Source of the DNA: a virus | Lineage: Duplodnaviria; Heunggongvirae; Uroviricota; Caudoviricetes | IMG/VR virus record: IMGVR_UViG_3300022660_000062 | Span: 64,001-90,407 of that record | DNA: 26,407 nucleotides | Strand: one strand, 5' to 3' | Shown here: piece by piece, positions 8,136-16,707 of the stretch | Position numbering within the stretch: the first letter of the stretch is position 1 | Layout: each line of letters opens with the position of its first letter | Made by a program: the position numbers and the translations under genes | Notes under the pieces: generated by a model | What the model was told of the DNA's origin: nothing | The model's database searches: none | What the model saw: only the letters and a program-made list of their open reading frames with translations

Positions 8136-10958
8136 ATGGCATTTACTGCAAGTAAACTACTAGAAATTGCTATTGCCGAGCTTGGCTACAAAGAAAAAGC
8201 TTCTAACTTTCAGCTCGATGATAAAGAAGCCAATGCTGGTAGTGGCAACTGGACGAAATATGCTCGTGATCTTCACACCGCAGGATATTATCAAGCAGCT
8301 AAGAACGGTTATGCATGGTGTGACATGTTTGTTGACTGGTGCTTCTTACAGCTTGGTGGCAGCAAAGAAAAAGGCGAATGGCTCGAATGCCAAACAGGAC
8401 TTTATGGTGCAGGATGCGAATGGTCATCTAACTGTTATCGTTGGGCAGATCGTTGCGGAACTGAGCCGAAAGTCGGTGCACAAATCTTCTTTGCTAAAAA
8501 CGGTAAAGGATCTGAAGAGCATACAGGTATTGTAGAAAAGTTTGACAGTAACTATGTTTACACAATTGAGGGTAACGCAAGTAACATGGTAAAGCGTAAA
8601 ACATACGCTCGTAATTCTGATTACATCCTGTGTTATGGATATCCAAGATTTGATGAGACTACAAATGAGACGCAAGCAACAACTTCAACAATTGCTGCTG
8701 ATCATTTTGACAAAGGGGATGTCGTTAAGATTGTTTCTGGCGCTAACTGGTTAAGTGGATCTGCTGTTCCTACATGGGTGATCAAGAAGGAATGGATTAT
8801 TAAAGAAGTTTCTACTTCTGATGGTAGAGTTGTTGTCAATGAATCAGTTGATGGAGCAAACAAGATCAATAGTCCTATTCACTATTCTTCTCTAGTTCTT
8901 GTTAAGGCTGCTAATCCGAAAGAGGATAAAGTTGAAACAGAGCTGGACGGAGGAAACAAGGAAACTGAGGTTGCTCAAAGTAGTTTGAAGTATTCTACTG
9001 CAAATCCGCCGCTTGTTTGTATGCAGACTCAGAGCACTTGTTATAAGGGCACAACCGAAATGACTGTTCTTGGTGTGCTGTGGCATAGTACAGGTGCAAA
9101 CAACAAGACTATCAAGCGCTATGTTCAGCCTAGTGACAATGATCCAAACAAAGATGCTCTGCTTAAGTTAATCGGTAAGAATCAGTATAACAATGACTGG
9201 AACCATATTGACAGACAAGCTGGTTTGAATGCTTGGATTGGTACATTAGCTGATGGCACAGTTACGACCGTTCAGACAATGCCCTGGAACTTTAGACCTT
9301 GGGGCTGTGGAAGTGGTAAGAATGGTTCTTGTAACAGTGGCTGGATTCAGTTTGAGATCTGTGAGGATAACTTACAAGACGCTGACTATTTCAACAAGGC
9401 ATACACAGAAGCTTGCGAGCTAACTGCGTATCTTTGTAAGATGTTTAATCTTGATCCTCATGGAACCATTAACTATAATGGAGTTAAAGTTCCCGTTATC
9501 CTTTGTCATGCAGATTCTTATGATCTTGGTTTCGGATCAAATCATGGTGACATTGATCACTGGTTCCCGAAGCATGGTAAGTCAATGGTAACAGTAAGAA
9601 ATGATGTTGCAAAGTTACTCCAGAATTCAACACAAGCTGCTCCAGTAGAAGGTGTATACCAGAAGGGTGTTGCAACTCAGCTTTCTAAGAATTTCAAATC
9701 AACTGAATTTGATTGTCATGGAGATGGCTGTTGCACTACAACAGAAGTAGATCCAAAACTTGTTACTTATTTACAAACAATTCGTGATCATTTTGGCAAG
9801 GCTGTTAATATTAGCAGCGGATATAGATGTGCAACACACAACAAGAGTGTTGGAGGAGCTGTTGGTTCAAGACATACAAAAGGTCAAGCAGCTGATATCT
9901 ATATTAACGGTGTAACTCCTTTGGAGATTGCTCGTTACGCAGAACAACTTGGCATCTTAGGAATTGGTTTATATGAAACTGATGAAGATGGTCATTTTGT
10001 ACATGTTGACACAAGAGCGACAAAGTCATTCTGGTATGGACAAGCACAAGCTAAGAGAGATACATTCCAAGAGCCTGTTAAAATTGATATATCAAAAGTT
10101 AACACAGCAAAAGCTGATCCGAAGCATGTTTGGGACTTCTTGAAAGCAAAAGCATTGAATGATTTTGCAGTGGCTGGTTTGATGGGCAATTTGCTTGCTG
10201 AGTCAAACATGTTACCAATCAACTTGCAAAACACTTATGAGAAGAAGCTCGGTATGACAGACGCTGAGTATACAGCAGCAGTTGACCAGGGAATCTACAA
10301 AGATTTCGTCAAAGATAGCGCAGGCTATGGTCTAGCTCAGTGGACATACTACAGCCGTAAGGAAGACTTGTTGGAGTATGCTACTTCTCAGAAGAAATCA
10401 ATCGGTGATTTAGATATGCAGCTGGAATTCTTGTGGACTGAGCTTCAAAGATACAAGGCTGTTATGAAGCAGTTGAATGAAGCAACTTCAGTTAGGGAAG
10501 CTTCTGATGTAATTCTTCATGACTATGAAGCTCCTGCTGATCAAAGCGAGGCTGTTGAAATCAAGCGTGCTGAATTTGGACAGAAGTATTTTGATGACTA
10601 TGCCGTATGTATGCACAAGTCAACAGAAATTCAGAACCAGAAAGATGCAACTTGTACAGAAGCTGGATATACAGGTGATAAGGTATGCTCTGAATGTAAC
10701 TTTGTAGTAGAAGTGGGGTCACTTATTCCTCCTATTCAGCACAACTATAGCTTGACAGGAAAGCTTGAGCCTACAATTGAAACAGAAGGCTACACTGGAG
10801 ATCAAGTTTGTTCAAGATGCAATCATACAATCAAGGGAGAAGCAATCAAGAAGTTGAGTCCGATTGTTGTTACTCCTGAAGATGATGAGGTTAAGATTAC
10901 TATCAAGAAGAGCTGGATCCAGAAGTTGATTGAGTGGTTGCTCAGCTTGTTAAAATAA
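8136..10958 (+). CDS. Multi-catalytic peptidoglycan hydrolase 1: CHAP + SH3-like + amidase_2 + peptidase M15 + phage lysozyme-2 + Cys/His repeats
   Basis: CHAP: WCDMFVDW, HTGIV, TIEGN. Amidase: VLWHSTG, WIQFEICED, ILCH, NHGD. M15: SGYRC..HN..VGG...SRH..GQAADI, HVD. Lysozyme-2: AGLMGNLLAES, GYGLAQWT. AAGGAG RBS. Confidence 0.92.
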   Translation: MAFTASKLLEIAIAELGYKEKASNFQLDDKEANAGSGNWTKYARDLHTAGYYQAAKNGYAWCDMFVDWCFLQLGGSKEKGEWLECQTGLYGAGCEWSSNCYRWADRCGTEPKVGAQIFFAKNGKGSEEHTGIVEKFDSNYVYTIEGNASNMVKRKTYARNSDYILCYGYPRFDETTNETQATTSTIAADHFDKGDVVKIVSGANWLSGSAVPTWVIKKEWIIKEVSTSDGRVVVNESVDGANKINSPIHYSSLVLVKAANPKEDKVETELDGGNKETEVAQSSLKYSTANPPLVCMQTQSTCYKGTTEMTVLGVLWHSTGANNKTIKRYVQPSDNDPNKDALLKLIGKNQYNNDWNHIDRQAGLNAWIGTLADGTVTTVQTMPWNFRPWGCGSGKNGSCNSGWIQFEICEDNLQDADYFNKAYTEACELTAYLCKMFNLDPHGTINYNGVKVPVILCHADSYDLGFGSNHGDIDHWFPKHGKSMVTVRNDVAKLLQNSTQAAPVEGVYQKGVATQLSKNFKSTEFDCHGDGCCTTTEVDPKLVTYLQTIRDHFGKAVNISSGYRCATHNKSVGGAVGSRHTKGQAADIYINGVTPLEIARYAEQLGILGIGLYETDEDGHFVHVDTRATKSFWYGQAQAKRDTFQEPVKIDISKVNTAKADPKHVWDFLKAKALNDFAVAGLMGNLLAESNMLPINLQNTYEKKLGMTDAEYTAAVDQGIYKDFVKDSAGYGLAQWTYYSRKEDLLEYATSQKKSIGDLDMQLEFLWTELQRYKAVMKQLNEATSVREASDVILHDYEAPADQSEAVEIKRAEFGQKYFDDYAVCMHKSTEIQNQKDATCTEAGYTGDKVCSECNFVVEVGSLIPPIQHNYSLTGKLEPTIETEGYTGDQVCSRCNHTIKGEAIKKLSPIVVTPEDDEVKITIKKSWIQKLIEWLLSLLK

Positions 10959-10978
10959 CGGTTATTTCACATACAAAG

Positions 10979-11008
10979 AATGAGGTGCTATTCGCGTAGC
11001 ACCTCATT
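10979..11008 (+). terminator. Probable intrinsic terminator
   Basis: 12-bp stem AATGAGGTGCTA / TAGCACCTCATT, loop TTCGCG, followed by TCTT. Confidence 0.75.
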
Positions 11009-11058
11009 TCTTGTATATAAAGTATATAGATCAAACTTTGAGGAAGGATGTTGATAGT

Positions 11059-13569
11059 ATGGCGTTACGTTTGAATGTTGTTGCCATCGCTGATGGTGGT
11101 GGTAAGCCTGCCTCTCAGACCGAAGTTGTTCATTCCTATACAGTTGATGCTCTGCTTGCAATTGCTCTAGCAGAGAAGGGCTACAAAGAGAAGAGTAGTA
11201 ATTCAAGTTTAGATAGTAAGACAGCTAACGCAGGAAGTAACAACTACACAAAGTATGCAAGAGATCTTCATAATGCTGGTTATTACCAAGCAAGCAAGCA
11301 AGGATTTGCTTGGTGTGATATGTTCGTTGATTGGTGTTTCTATAAGCTTGTTTGTAATGTAACAGGTAAGACTGGAAAAGATGCTCGGTTGATAGCTAAC
11401 GAGTTGATCTGCGTGAATGAAAATCAACTATATGGAGCAGGATGTGCTGAGTCTCGTGGTTACTACAAGGAAAAAGGACGTTTAGGAAATCTACCAGTAA
11501 AGGGCGCTCAAATATTTTTCTGGGAAGCCGGTGAAGTTTCTCACACAGGTATTGTTACAGGATTTGATGCTAATCAAGTTTATACCATTGAGGGTAATAC
11601 AAATAATCAAGTTAATGAGCGAGCATACAAGCGGAATGATAGCAGTATTGTTGGCTATGGCTATCCGAAGTTAACAGGACTGAAAGTACCAACCGGATCT
11701 ACTGTTCCTCCTGACCCTCCAAGCTCTTATGGCGAGGATACCAGTACTGAAAATACAGACAGTTATAACGGTGGTAACAGTGTCGGCGGAAGCGGCTCAG
11801 TCATCTCCTATACATTTGATGGGCTGAAATATTCAGATGATAACCCACCCTTGTACTGCCCGCAAACTCAAAGCACTTGTTGGAGAGGCACCAGTAAGAA
11901 TATGACTATTCGCGGAGTGTTGTGGCACGATACTGGTGCTGGAAACCCTGAGATTCGTAGATATGTTCAACCCGATGACAATGCCAATGATCGAGAGTAC
12001 TGGATAAACCTACTTGGTAAGAATCAGTATAACAATGACTGGAATCATGCTGAACGACAAGCAGGAATGAATTGCTGGATAGGTAAACTAGCGGATGGAT
12101 CTGTTACAACTGTTCAGACAATGCCTTGGAATTATAAACCTTGGGGTTGTGGCGGCGCATGTAATGACGGCTGGATTCAGTTTGAAATCTGTGATGATGT
12201 TGACCACGGCGATGATCCCGACTACTTCCATGCTGCTTATGAAGAAGCTTGCCAGATAACGGCATACTTGTGTGCAAAGTTTAATCTAGACCCTCTTGGA
12301 ACTGTGGAGTTCAAAGGAAAACAAGTTCCTGTTATACTTGATCATCGAACTTCTTGTAAACTTGGACTCGGAAGTAACCACGGTGATGTTAGAGGTTGGT
12401 TCAAGAAATATGGTAAATATGCTGACGAAGATGGCATGCAGATTGTTCGTCAAGATGTTGCAGCACTTTTAAGTAAGGGCGGTAACTATATTCCAAATGT
12501 TAGGATTGACGATATTGTTACTGTTGATCCCGGAGCAACAGCAAAAGATGGTTCAGTTGCTGCGCCATGGATTACATCTAAGCGTTGGAAAGTTTCTAAT
12601 ACATCCTCAGAGGATGAGTATGCGATTCTTGGCCAGCGCGAGGATACCGCATCTGTTGTACTGAATAGGGCTTACAAGAAATCAAATCTGACTGTAGTTA
12701 CTGCTAATGGATCTGTAACTCCTTCTCCTAACACAGGCAACTTAACTAACAAAGAAAGAATTTGGAACATTCTTTCTAGCAAAGTTAAGGATAGTAATGG
12801 ACAAACAAACTATTTCGGAGTTGCTGGAATCATGGGTAACATGATGGCAGAGTCTGGTCTTAGACCAAACAATCTTCAGAATACATATGAAAAAAGTTTA
12901 GGTTACAGTGATGAAAGTTACACTGCTGCTGTTGATAACGGAACATATACAAACTTTGTACGAGACAGCGCAGGTTATGGACTAGTTCAGTGGACATACT
13001 GGTCTTTGAAGGAAGAACTACTTAAATACGCTCAAGAACATAACAAATCCATTGGTGATCTAGATATGCAAGTAACATTCTTGTGTCATCAGTTGTCAAC
13101 GGGATATACATCTGTTTGGAATACTTGTTGTAACGCTAAAACTGTTAAAGAAGCCTCTGATAAGATGCTACATGGTTTCGAACGACCTTACGGACATGAT
13201 GGCGTCAACAAAGAGTCACAAGAAAGTAAGAGAGCTCAGTTTGGTACTGATATTTACAACGAGCTAGTCAACGGTTGTTCTCATTCGGAAACAGTAACAC
13301 GAGATAATTGCGCTGCAACTTGTTCCTCTGATGGATACACAGGTGATGAGGTTTGTTCTTCCTGTGGCTTAACTGTTAGATTCGGTGACATTATTCCTGC
13401 AACTGGTCATAACTATCAGTATGGTGTATGTACTATTTGTGGGGCAACTCCAGAGCAAGATAATGGTGGAGGAGGATCTGTTCCAAACATCACAAATGGT
13501 ATTGTTACTCGAGATGATTTGATTCAGATTCTTTCTGTTTTGAAAGATATGCTAAGTAGAGAAAGTTGA
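11059..13569 (+). CDS. Multi-catalytic peptidoglycan hydrolase 2, paralogue of hydrolase 1: CHAP + amidase_2 + SH3-like + phage lysozyme-2 + Cys/His repeats
   Basis: WCDMFVDW/HTGIV/TIEGN; VLWHDTG/WIQFEICDD/ILDH/NHGD; AGIMGNMMAES/GYGLVQWT. Start moved from 11011 to ATG 11059, which follows AGGAAGGA. Confidence 0.92.
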   Translation: MALRLNVVAIADGGGKPASQTEVVHSYTVDALLAIALAEKGYKEKSSNSSLDSKTANAGSNNYTKYARDLHNAGYYQASKQGFAWCDMFVDWCFYKLVCNVTGKTGKDARLIANELICVNENQLYGAGCAESRGYYKEKGRLGNLPVKGAQIFFWEAGEVSHTGIVTGFDANQVYTIEGNTNNQVNERAYKRNDSSIVGYGYPKLTGLKVPTGSTVPPDPPSSYGEDTSTENTDSYNGGNSVGGSGSVISYTFDGLKYSDDNPPLYCPQTQSTCWRGTSKNMTIRGVLWHDTGAGNPEIRRYVQPDDNANDREYWINLLGKNQYNNDWNHAERQAGMNCWIGKLADGSVTTVQTMPWNYKPWGCGGACNDGWIQFEICDDVDHGDDPDYFHAAYEEACQITAYLCAKFNLDPLGTVEFKGKQVPVILDHRTSCKLGLGSNHGDVRGWFKKYGKYADEDGMQIVRQDVAALLSKGGNYIPNVRIDDIVTVDPGATAKDGSVAAPWITSKRWKVSNTSSEDEYAILGQREDTASVVLNRAYKKSNLTVVTANGSVTPSPNTGNLTNKERIWNILSSKVKDSNGQTNYFGVAGIMGNMMAESGLRPNNLQNTYEKSLGYSDESYTAAVDNGTYTNFVRDSAGYGLVQWTYWSLKEELLKYAQEHNKSIGDLDMQVTFLCHQLSTGYTSVWNTCCNAKTVKEASDKMLHGFERPYGHDGVNKESQESKRAQFGTDIYNELVNGCSHSETVTRDNCAATCSSDGYTGDEVCSSCGLTVRFGDIIPATGHNYQYGVCTICGATPEQDNGGGGSVPNITNGIVTRDDLIQILSVLKDMLSRES

Positions 13570-15515
13570 GTGATTGGATGGCTGAAGAAAGATTTGTATA
13601 CCAAGTAGGAGATCTAATTCAGATCGATCCTACAGCAACACGCATTGATGGATCCTCAATTGATGCTGACTTGAAGGGAAATAACTACAACTGGTTTGTT
13701 ACGGATGTTGATCCTACAAACTTTACTTTGACTCTCGGAGCATACAGAGCATTTGGATTGAGATATAGATGGAATCCTCCGATTGTAATTCATGAGGATT
13801 TTGTGTCTAAGATAGTTAAACTTGTTTGTAGACACGCAAACGCAGTTGTTGACTCAAAAGTTGAACCTACTTGCTTGGAAGATGGTCTAACTGAAGGCAG
13901 GCACTGTCCTGACTGTGGTGAAGTTCTTCTAGCACAGCATAAGATTCCTAAACTGGAACACGAATATGTGTACGATATGGATCAAGGTGTTAAAACTTGT
14001 ACAAAGTGTAAACATCAGATATTTGACTCAGAACGATCCATTGATCTTACAGGAGACGACATCAGAAAGATGATTCAGATAATTGAGGCTATGCTTTCAT
14101 ATGATTCATCTTCACCAGTTCCCCCTGAAGTTATTCCTGAGGTAGATCCTCCTGTGGAGCCAGTATTTAGTTCCGATATTACATTTACAAGCGAGTGGAA
14201 AACAGATCTGGATCTTCCTTACTTGTTTTATACTCCTTCAAGTGCAACAACCGACGGAACAACTCCGCTCATTGTTTGGCTACACGGTTCAGATGAGTGC
14301 GGTGCAAGCGAGAGCATATTCCGCGACAGAGGCTTGCCTGCTGTTTTGAAAAGCTGGTCATTGAAAGGTTTCAACGCATACATACTTTGCCCCAGACTTC
14401 CTGGAGGTATCAAATGGACTCAACGATCCGATTCTGTTTTCAGTATGATTTCTAACATTGTTAGTAAGTACAAAGTTGATACACGAAAGATCATACTTAT
14501 GGGCCACTCTCTTGGTGGTATTGGAACTGAGTACATTGCGTTCCAGAAACCTGGTTATTTCTCGTGTCAGATTATAATGAGCGGTTACAGTTCTGGAGTA
14601 GATCTATCTCAGTTAAAAGATCTACCAACAAGGGTGTATGCTGAAAATTCAGAGTATTCAGCTCATTACAACACACTGAAAAATACATTTGGGCAGGAGG
14701 CTTGTACGGTTCTCAACTGTGGTCATGGTGAAGTTCCTGGTAAGGCATTAACTATTGAAAAGTCAGACGCTGCCGGTGTATCTGATCTTCTGTACTGGGC
14801 AATCTCTCAAACAAATGAACAACTTGATGATACAGAGAGTGAGCCTAAATTACAAGTTCCCTTTACAACTGTTGTTACAGCTGATGGTGTAAATCTTAGA
14901 ACTGGACCTGGAACAGAGTATGACGTTGCGGATAGCAATAACAAGGCTTATGCTGGACAACAGCTGACTATAGTTGAAATTGTACAATCCGGTAATCATA
15001 ATTGGGGTAAGCTAGATCCGAATATCTGGAAAACCTCAAAGACAAGTAGTTGTATCGGAAAATCTGATCGCTGGATAGCACTAGAGTACACAACTGCTTT
15101 TAACTCGGAAACATTTAAGACTCCTACATGGATATATCCATTATCATATCAAAGGCTATCAAGCCCTTATGGTTATAGAATACATCCTATCAGTGGAGAA
15201 TGGAAAATGCACTGGGGTGTAGATCTTGGAGCATACTGGGGAACTCCGATATATGCAACAAAAGCAGGAACTGTTTCAACAGTGGCTTATCAAGAGGATG
15301 GGGCCGGAAATTATATCTGTATAAAACATGAAGATGGAACTCAGTCTGATTATTTCCATCTTGAAGAGCAACTTGTTTCTGTTGGTGACAAAGTTGAAGC
15401 CGGACAGCATATCGGTAGATGTGGCAGCACTGGCGGATCAACAGGCCCTCATTTGCATTTCCAGATATGGGAGAACGGCTCTAGACAAGATCCGGCAGAG
15501 TACATTGATTTCTAA
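13566..15515 (+). CDS. Multi-domain hydrolase 3: SH3-like + Cys/His repeats + alpha/beta-hydrolase esterase + SH3b + M23 peptidase
   Basis: PLIVWLHGS and GHSLGG nucleophile elbow; VNLRTGPGTEY (SH3b); HWGVDLG and HLHF (M23). TTG start overlaps the upstream TGA; the exact start is uncertain. Confidence 0.88.
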   Translation: MSDWMAEERFVYQVGDLIQIDPTATRIDGSSIDADLKGNNYNWFVTDVDPTNFTLTLGAYRAFGLRYRWNPPIVIHEDFVSKIVKLVCRHANAVVDSKVEPTCLEDGLTEGRHCPDCGEVLLAQHKIPKLEHEYVYDMDQGVKTCTKCKHQIFDSERSIDLTGDDIRKMIQIIEAMLSYDSSSPVPPEVIPEVDPPVEPVFSSDITFTSEWKTDLDLPYLFYTPSSATTDGTTPLIVWLHGSDECGASESIFRDRGLPAVLKSWSLKGFNAYILCPRLPGGIKWTQRSDSVFSMISNIVSKYKVDTRKIILMGHSLGGIGTEYIAFQKPGYFSCQIIMSGYSSGVDLSQLKDLPTRVYAENSEYSAHYNTLKNTFGQEACTVLNCGHGEVPGKALTIEKSDAAGVSDLLYWAISQTNEQLDDTESEPKLQVPFTTVVTADGVNLRTGPGTEYDVADSNNKAYAGQQLTIVEIVQSGNHNWGKLDPNIWKTSKTSSCIGKSDRWIALEYTTAFNSETFKTPTWIYPLSYQRLSSPYGYRIHPISGEWKMHWGVDLGAYWGTPIYATKAGTVSTVAYQEDGAGNYICIKHEDGTQSDYFHLEEQLVSVGDKVEAGQHIGRCGSTGGSTGPHLHFQIWENGSRQDPAEYIDF

Positions 15516-15572
15516 ACAAGGAGTCATGTATATAAGATAATACATCATGACGAAGGAAAGGTAGATATTTTT

Positions 15573-16181
15573 ATGGCTGAGTTCTGCAAGGACTGCTTCA
15601 AGAAGATTGAGTCATCTGTTAGTGAACAAGATCTCGTACTTAGTTCTGATGCAGAGTTATGTGAAGGCTGTGGTGAGATGAAGCCAGTCGTTCTTGAAGT
15701 AAAAACTTCCGAACCTTCAATGACTGTTGCAGAGTGTCAAGTAGAGACTCAAAAACACATTGAAATGGTTCGTAAATATATTAGATTCATGATTGATAAA
15801 ATTGAGATGCGCGGTGTAAAACATGATGCTTCAAAATTAGAATCTCCAGAGGTTGAACTATTCACACAGTTCACTCCTAAGCTTGCATCTACTACTTACG
15901 GTAGTGATGAATATAAAAGTTATCTTGAAGGCTTAAAACCTGCTCTTGATCATCACTATGCAAGTAACAGACATCATCCTGAGCACTTTGTTAACGGCGT
16001 TAACGACATGACTCTGATTGACATTATCGAGATGTTTTGTGATTGGAAAGCAAGTACTCACAGAATGAACGATGGAAATCTCTTAAAGAGCATTGATGTT
16101 AACACAGACAGATTTCACATCGAAGAGCAGCTAAAACAAATCTTTGTTAATACTGCTAGAATGATTGATGAGCATGAATAA
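15573..16181 (+). CDS. HD-like (DUF5662-type) protein with N-terminal CxxC...CxxC
   Basis: HIEMV, HDASKL, HHYASNRHHPEH and EMFCDW motifs; N-terminal CKDC and CEGC. Confidence 0.75.
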   Translation: MAEFCKDCFKKIESSVSEQDLVLSSDAELCEGCGEMKPVVLEVKTSEPSMTVAECQVETQKHIEMVRKYIRFMIDKIEMRGVKHDASKLESPEVELFTQFTPKLASTTYGSDEYKSYLEGLKPALDHHYASNRHHPEHFVNGVNDMTLIDIIEMFCDWKASTHRMNDGNLLKSIDVNTDRFHIEEQLKQIFVNTARMIDEHE

Positions 16182-16229
16182 CACATTCATGTATATACAA
16201 CTGTAATCTTACATAAAGGAGATATGTTT

Positions 16230-16547
16230 ATGAATTGGGAAATTCTACTAACTGTTCTTGCAAGTATTTGTACAGTTGTTGCTCTATTTATCAGCTACTA
16301 TTTCTACATCAAGAGAAAGATTGAGGCTGAAGTTCCTGGAGCGATCAACGGTGCAGAAGACACTGGCATGAGCGGTGCAGAAAAGTTTGAAGAGGCTGTA
16401 GATACAATCTACGCGCTTATTCCTGTTGCAGTAAGGCCTTTCATTACAAGAAGTCTTGTGGAAACACTTGTTCAAGAAGTGTTTGATAAGATGGAAGAAT
16501 ATGCAAGAAAGCAGCTTGACAAGGAAGCAGAGCCGACTGAAGCTTAA
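16230..16547 (+). CDS. Probable holin (LL-H-like, single N-terminal TM)
   Basis: N-terminal hydrophobic helix, then AINGAE...GAEKFEEAV...VETLVQE pattern; lies downstream of the lysins. AAAGGAGA RBS is 7 nt from ATG 16230 but only 1 nt from ATG 16224. Confidence 0.7.
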   Translation: MNWEILLTVLASICTVVALFISYYFYIKRKIEAEVPGAINGAEDTGMSGAEKFEEAVDTIYALIPVAVRPFITRSLVETLVQEVFDKMEEYARKQLDKEAEPTEA

Positions 16548-16561
16548 GTAATAGCATTTCA

Positions 16562-16598
16562 AATAAACTGCGTATGATGAGTTCATACGCAGTTTATT
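16562..16598. terminator. Intrinsic terminator, possibly bidirectional
   Basis: Perfect 16-bp stem AATAAACTGCGTATGA / TCATACGCAGTTTATT, 5-nt loop. Confidence 0.85.
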
Positions 16599-16607
16599 AG
16601 TTTACAC

Positions 16608-16636
16608 TTGACTTTCATGTATAAACATTATATAAT
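16608..16636 (+). promoter_or_regulatory. Near-consensus sigmaA promoter
   Basis: TTGACT (16608-16613) - 17 nt - TATAAT (16631-16636). Confidence 0.8.
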
Positions 16637-16707
16637 GTTTATGATAAATAAGCATTCGTCTAATAATTTCTAGAATTCAATATATAATAAGTATAGAGGA
16701 AGACTTA

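Noticed and set aside
13551-13569. Programmed frameshift fusing hydrolases 2 and 3
   Set aside because: The downstream frame is closed by TAG at 13557-13559 and there is no canonical slippery heptamer; translational coupling via TTGA is simpler.
16224-16232. Lambda-type dual-start holin/antiholin (Met-Phe-Met)
   Set aside because: The first ATG is only 1 nt from the RBS and the extension lacks the charged residue that defines antiholins.
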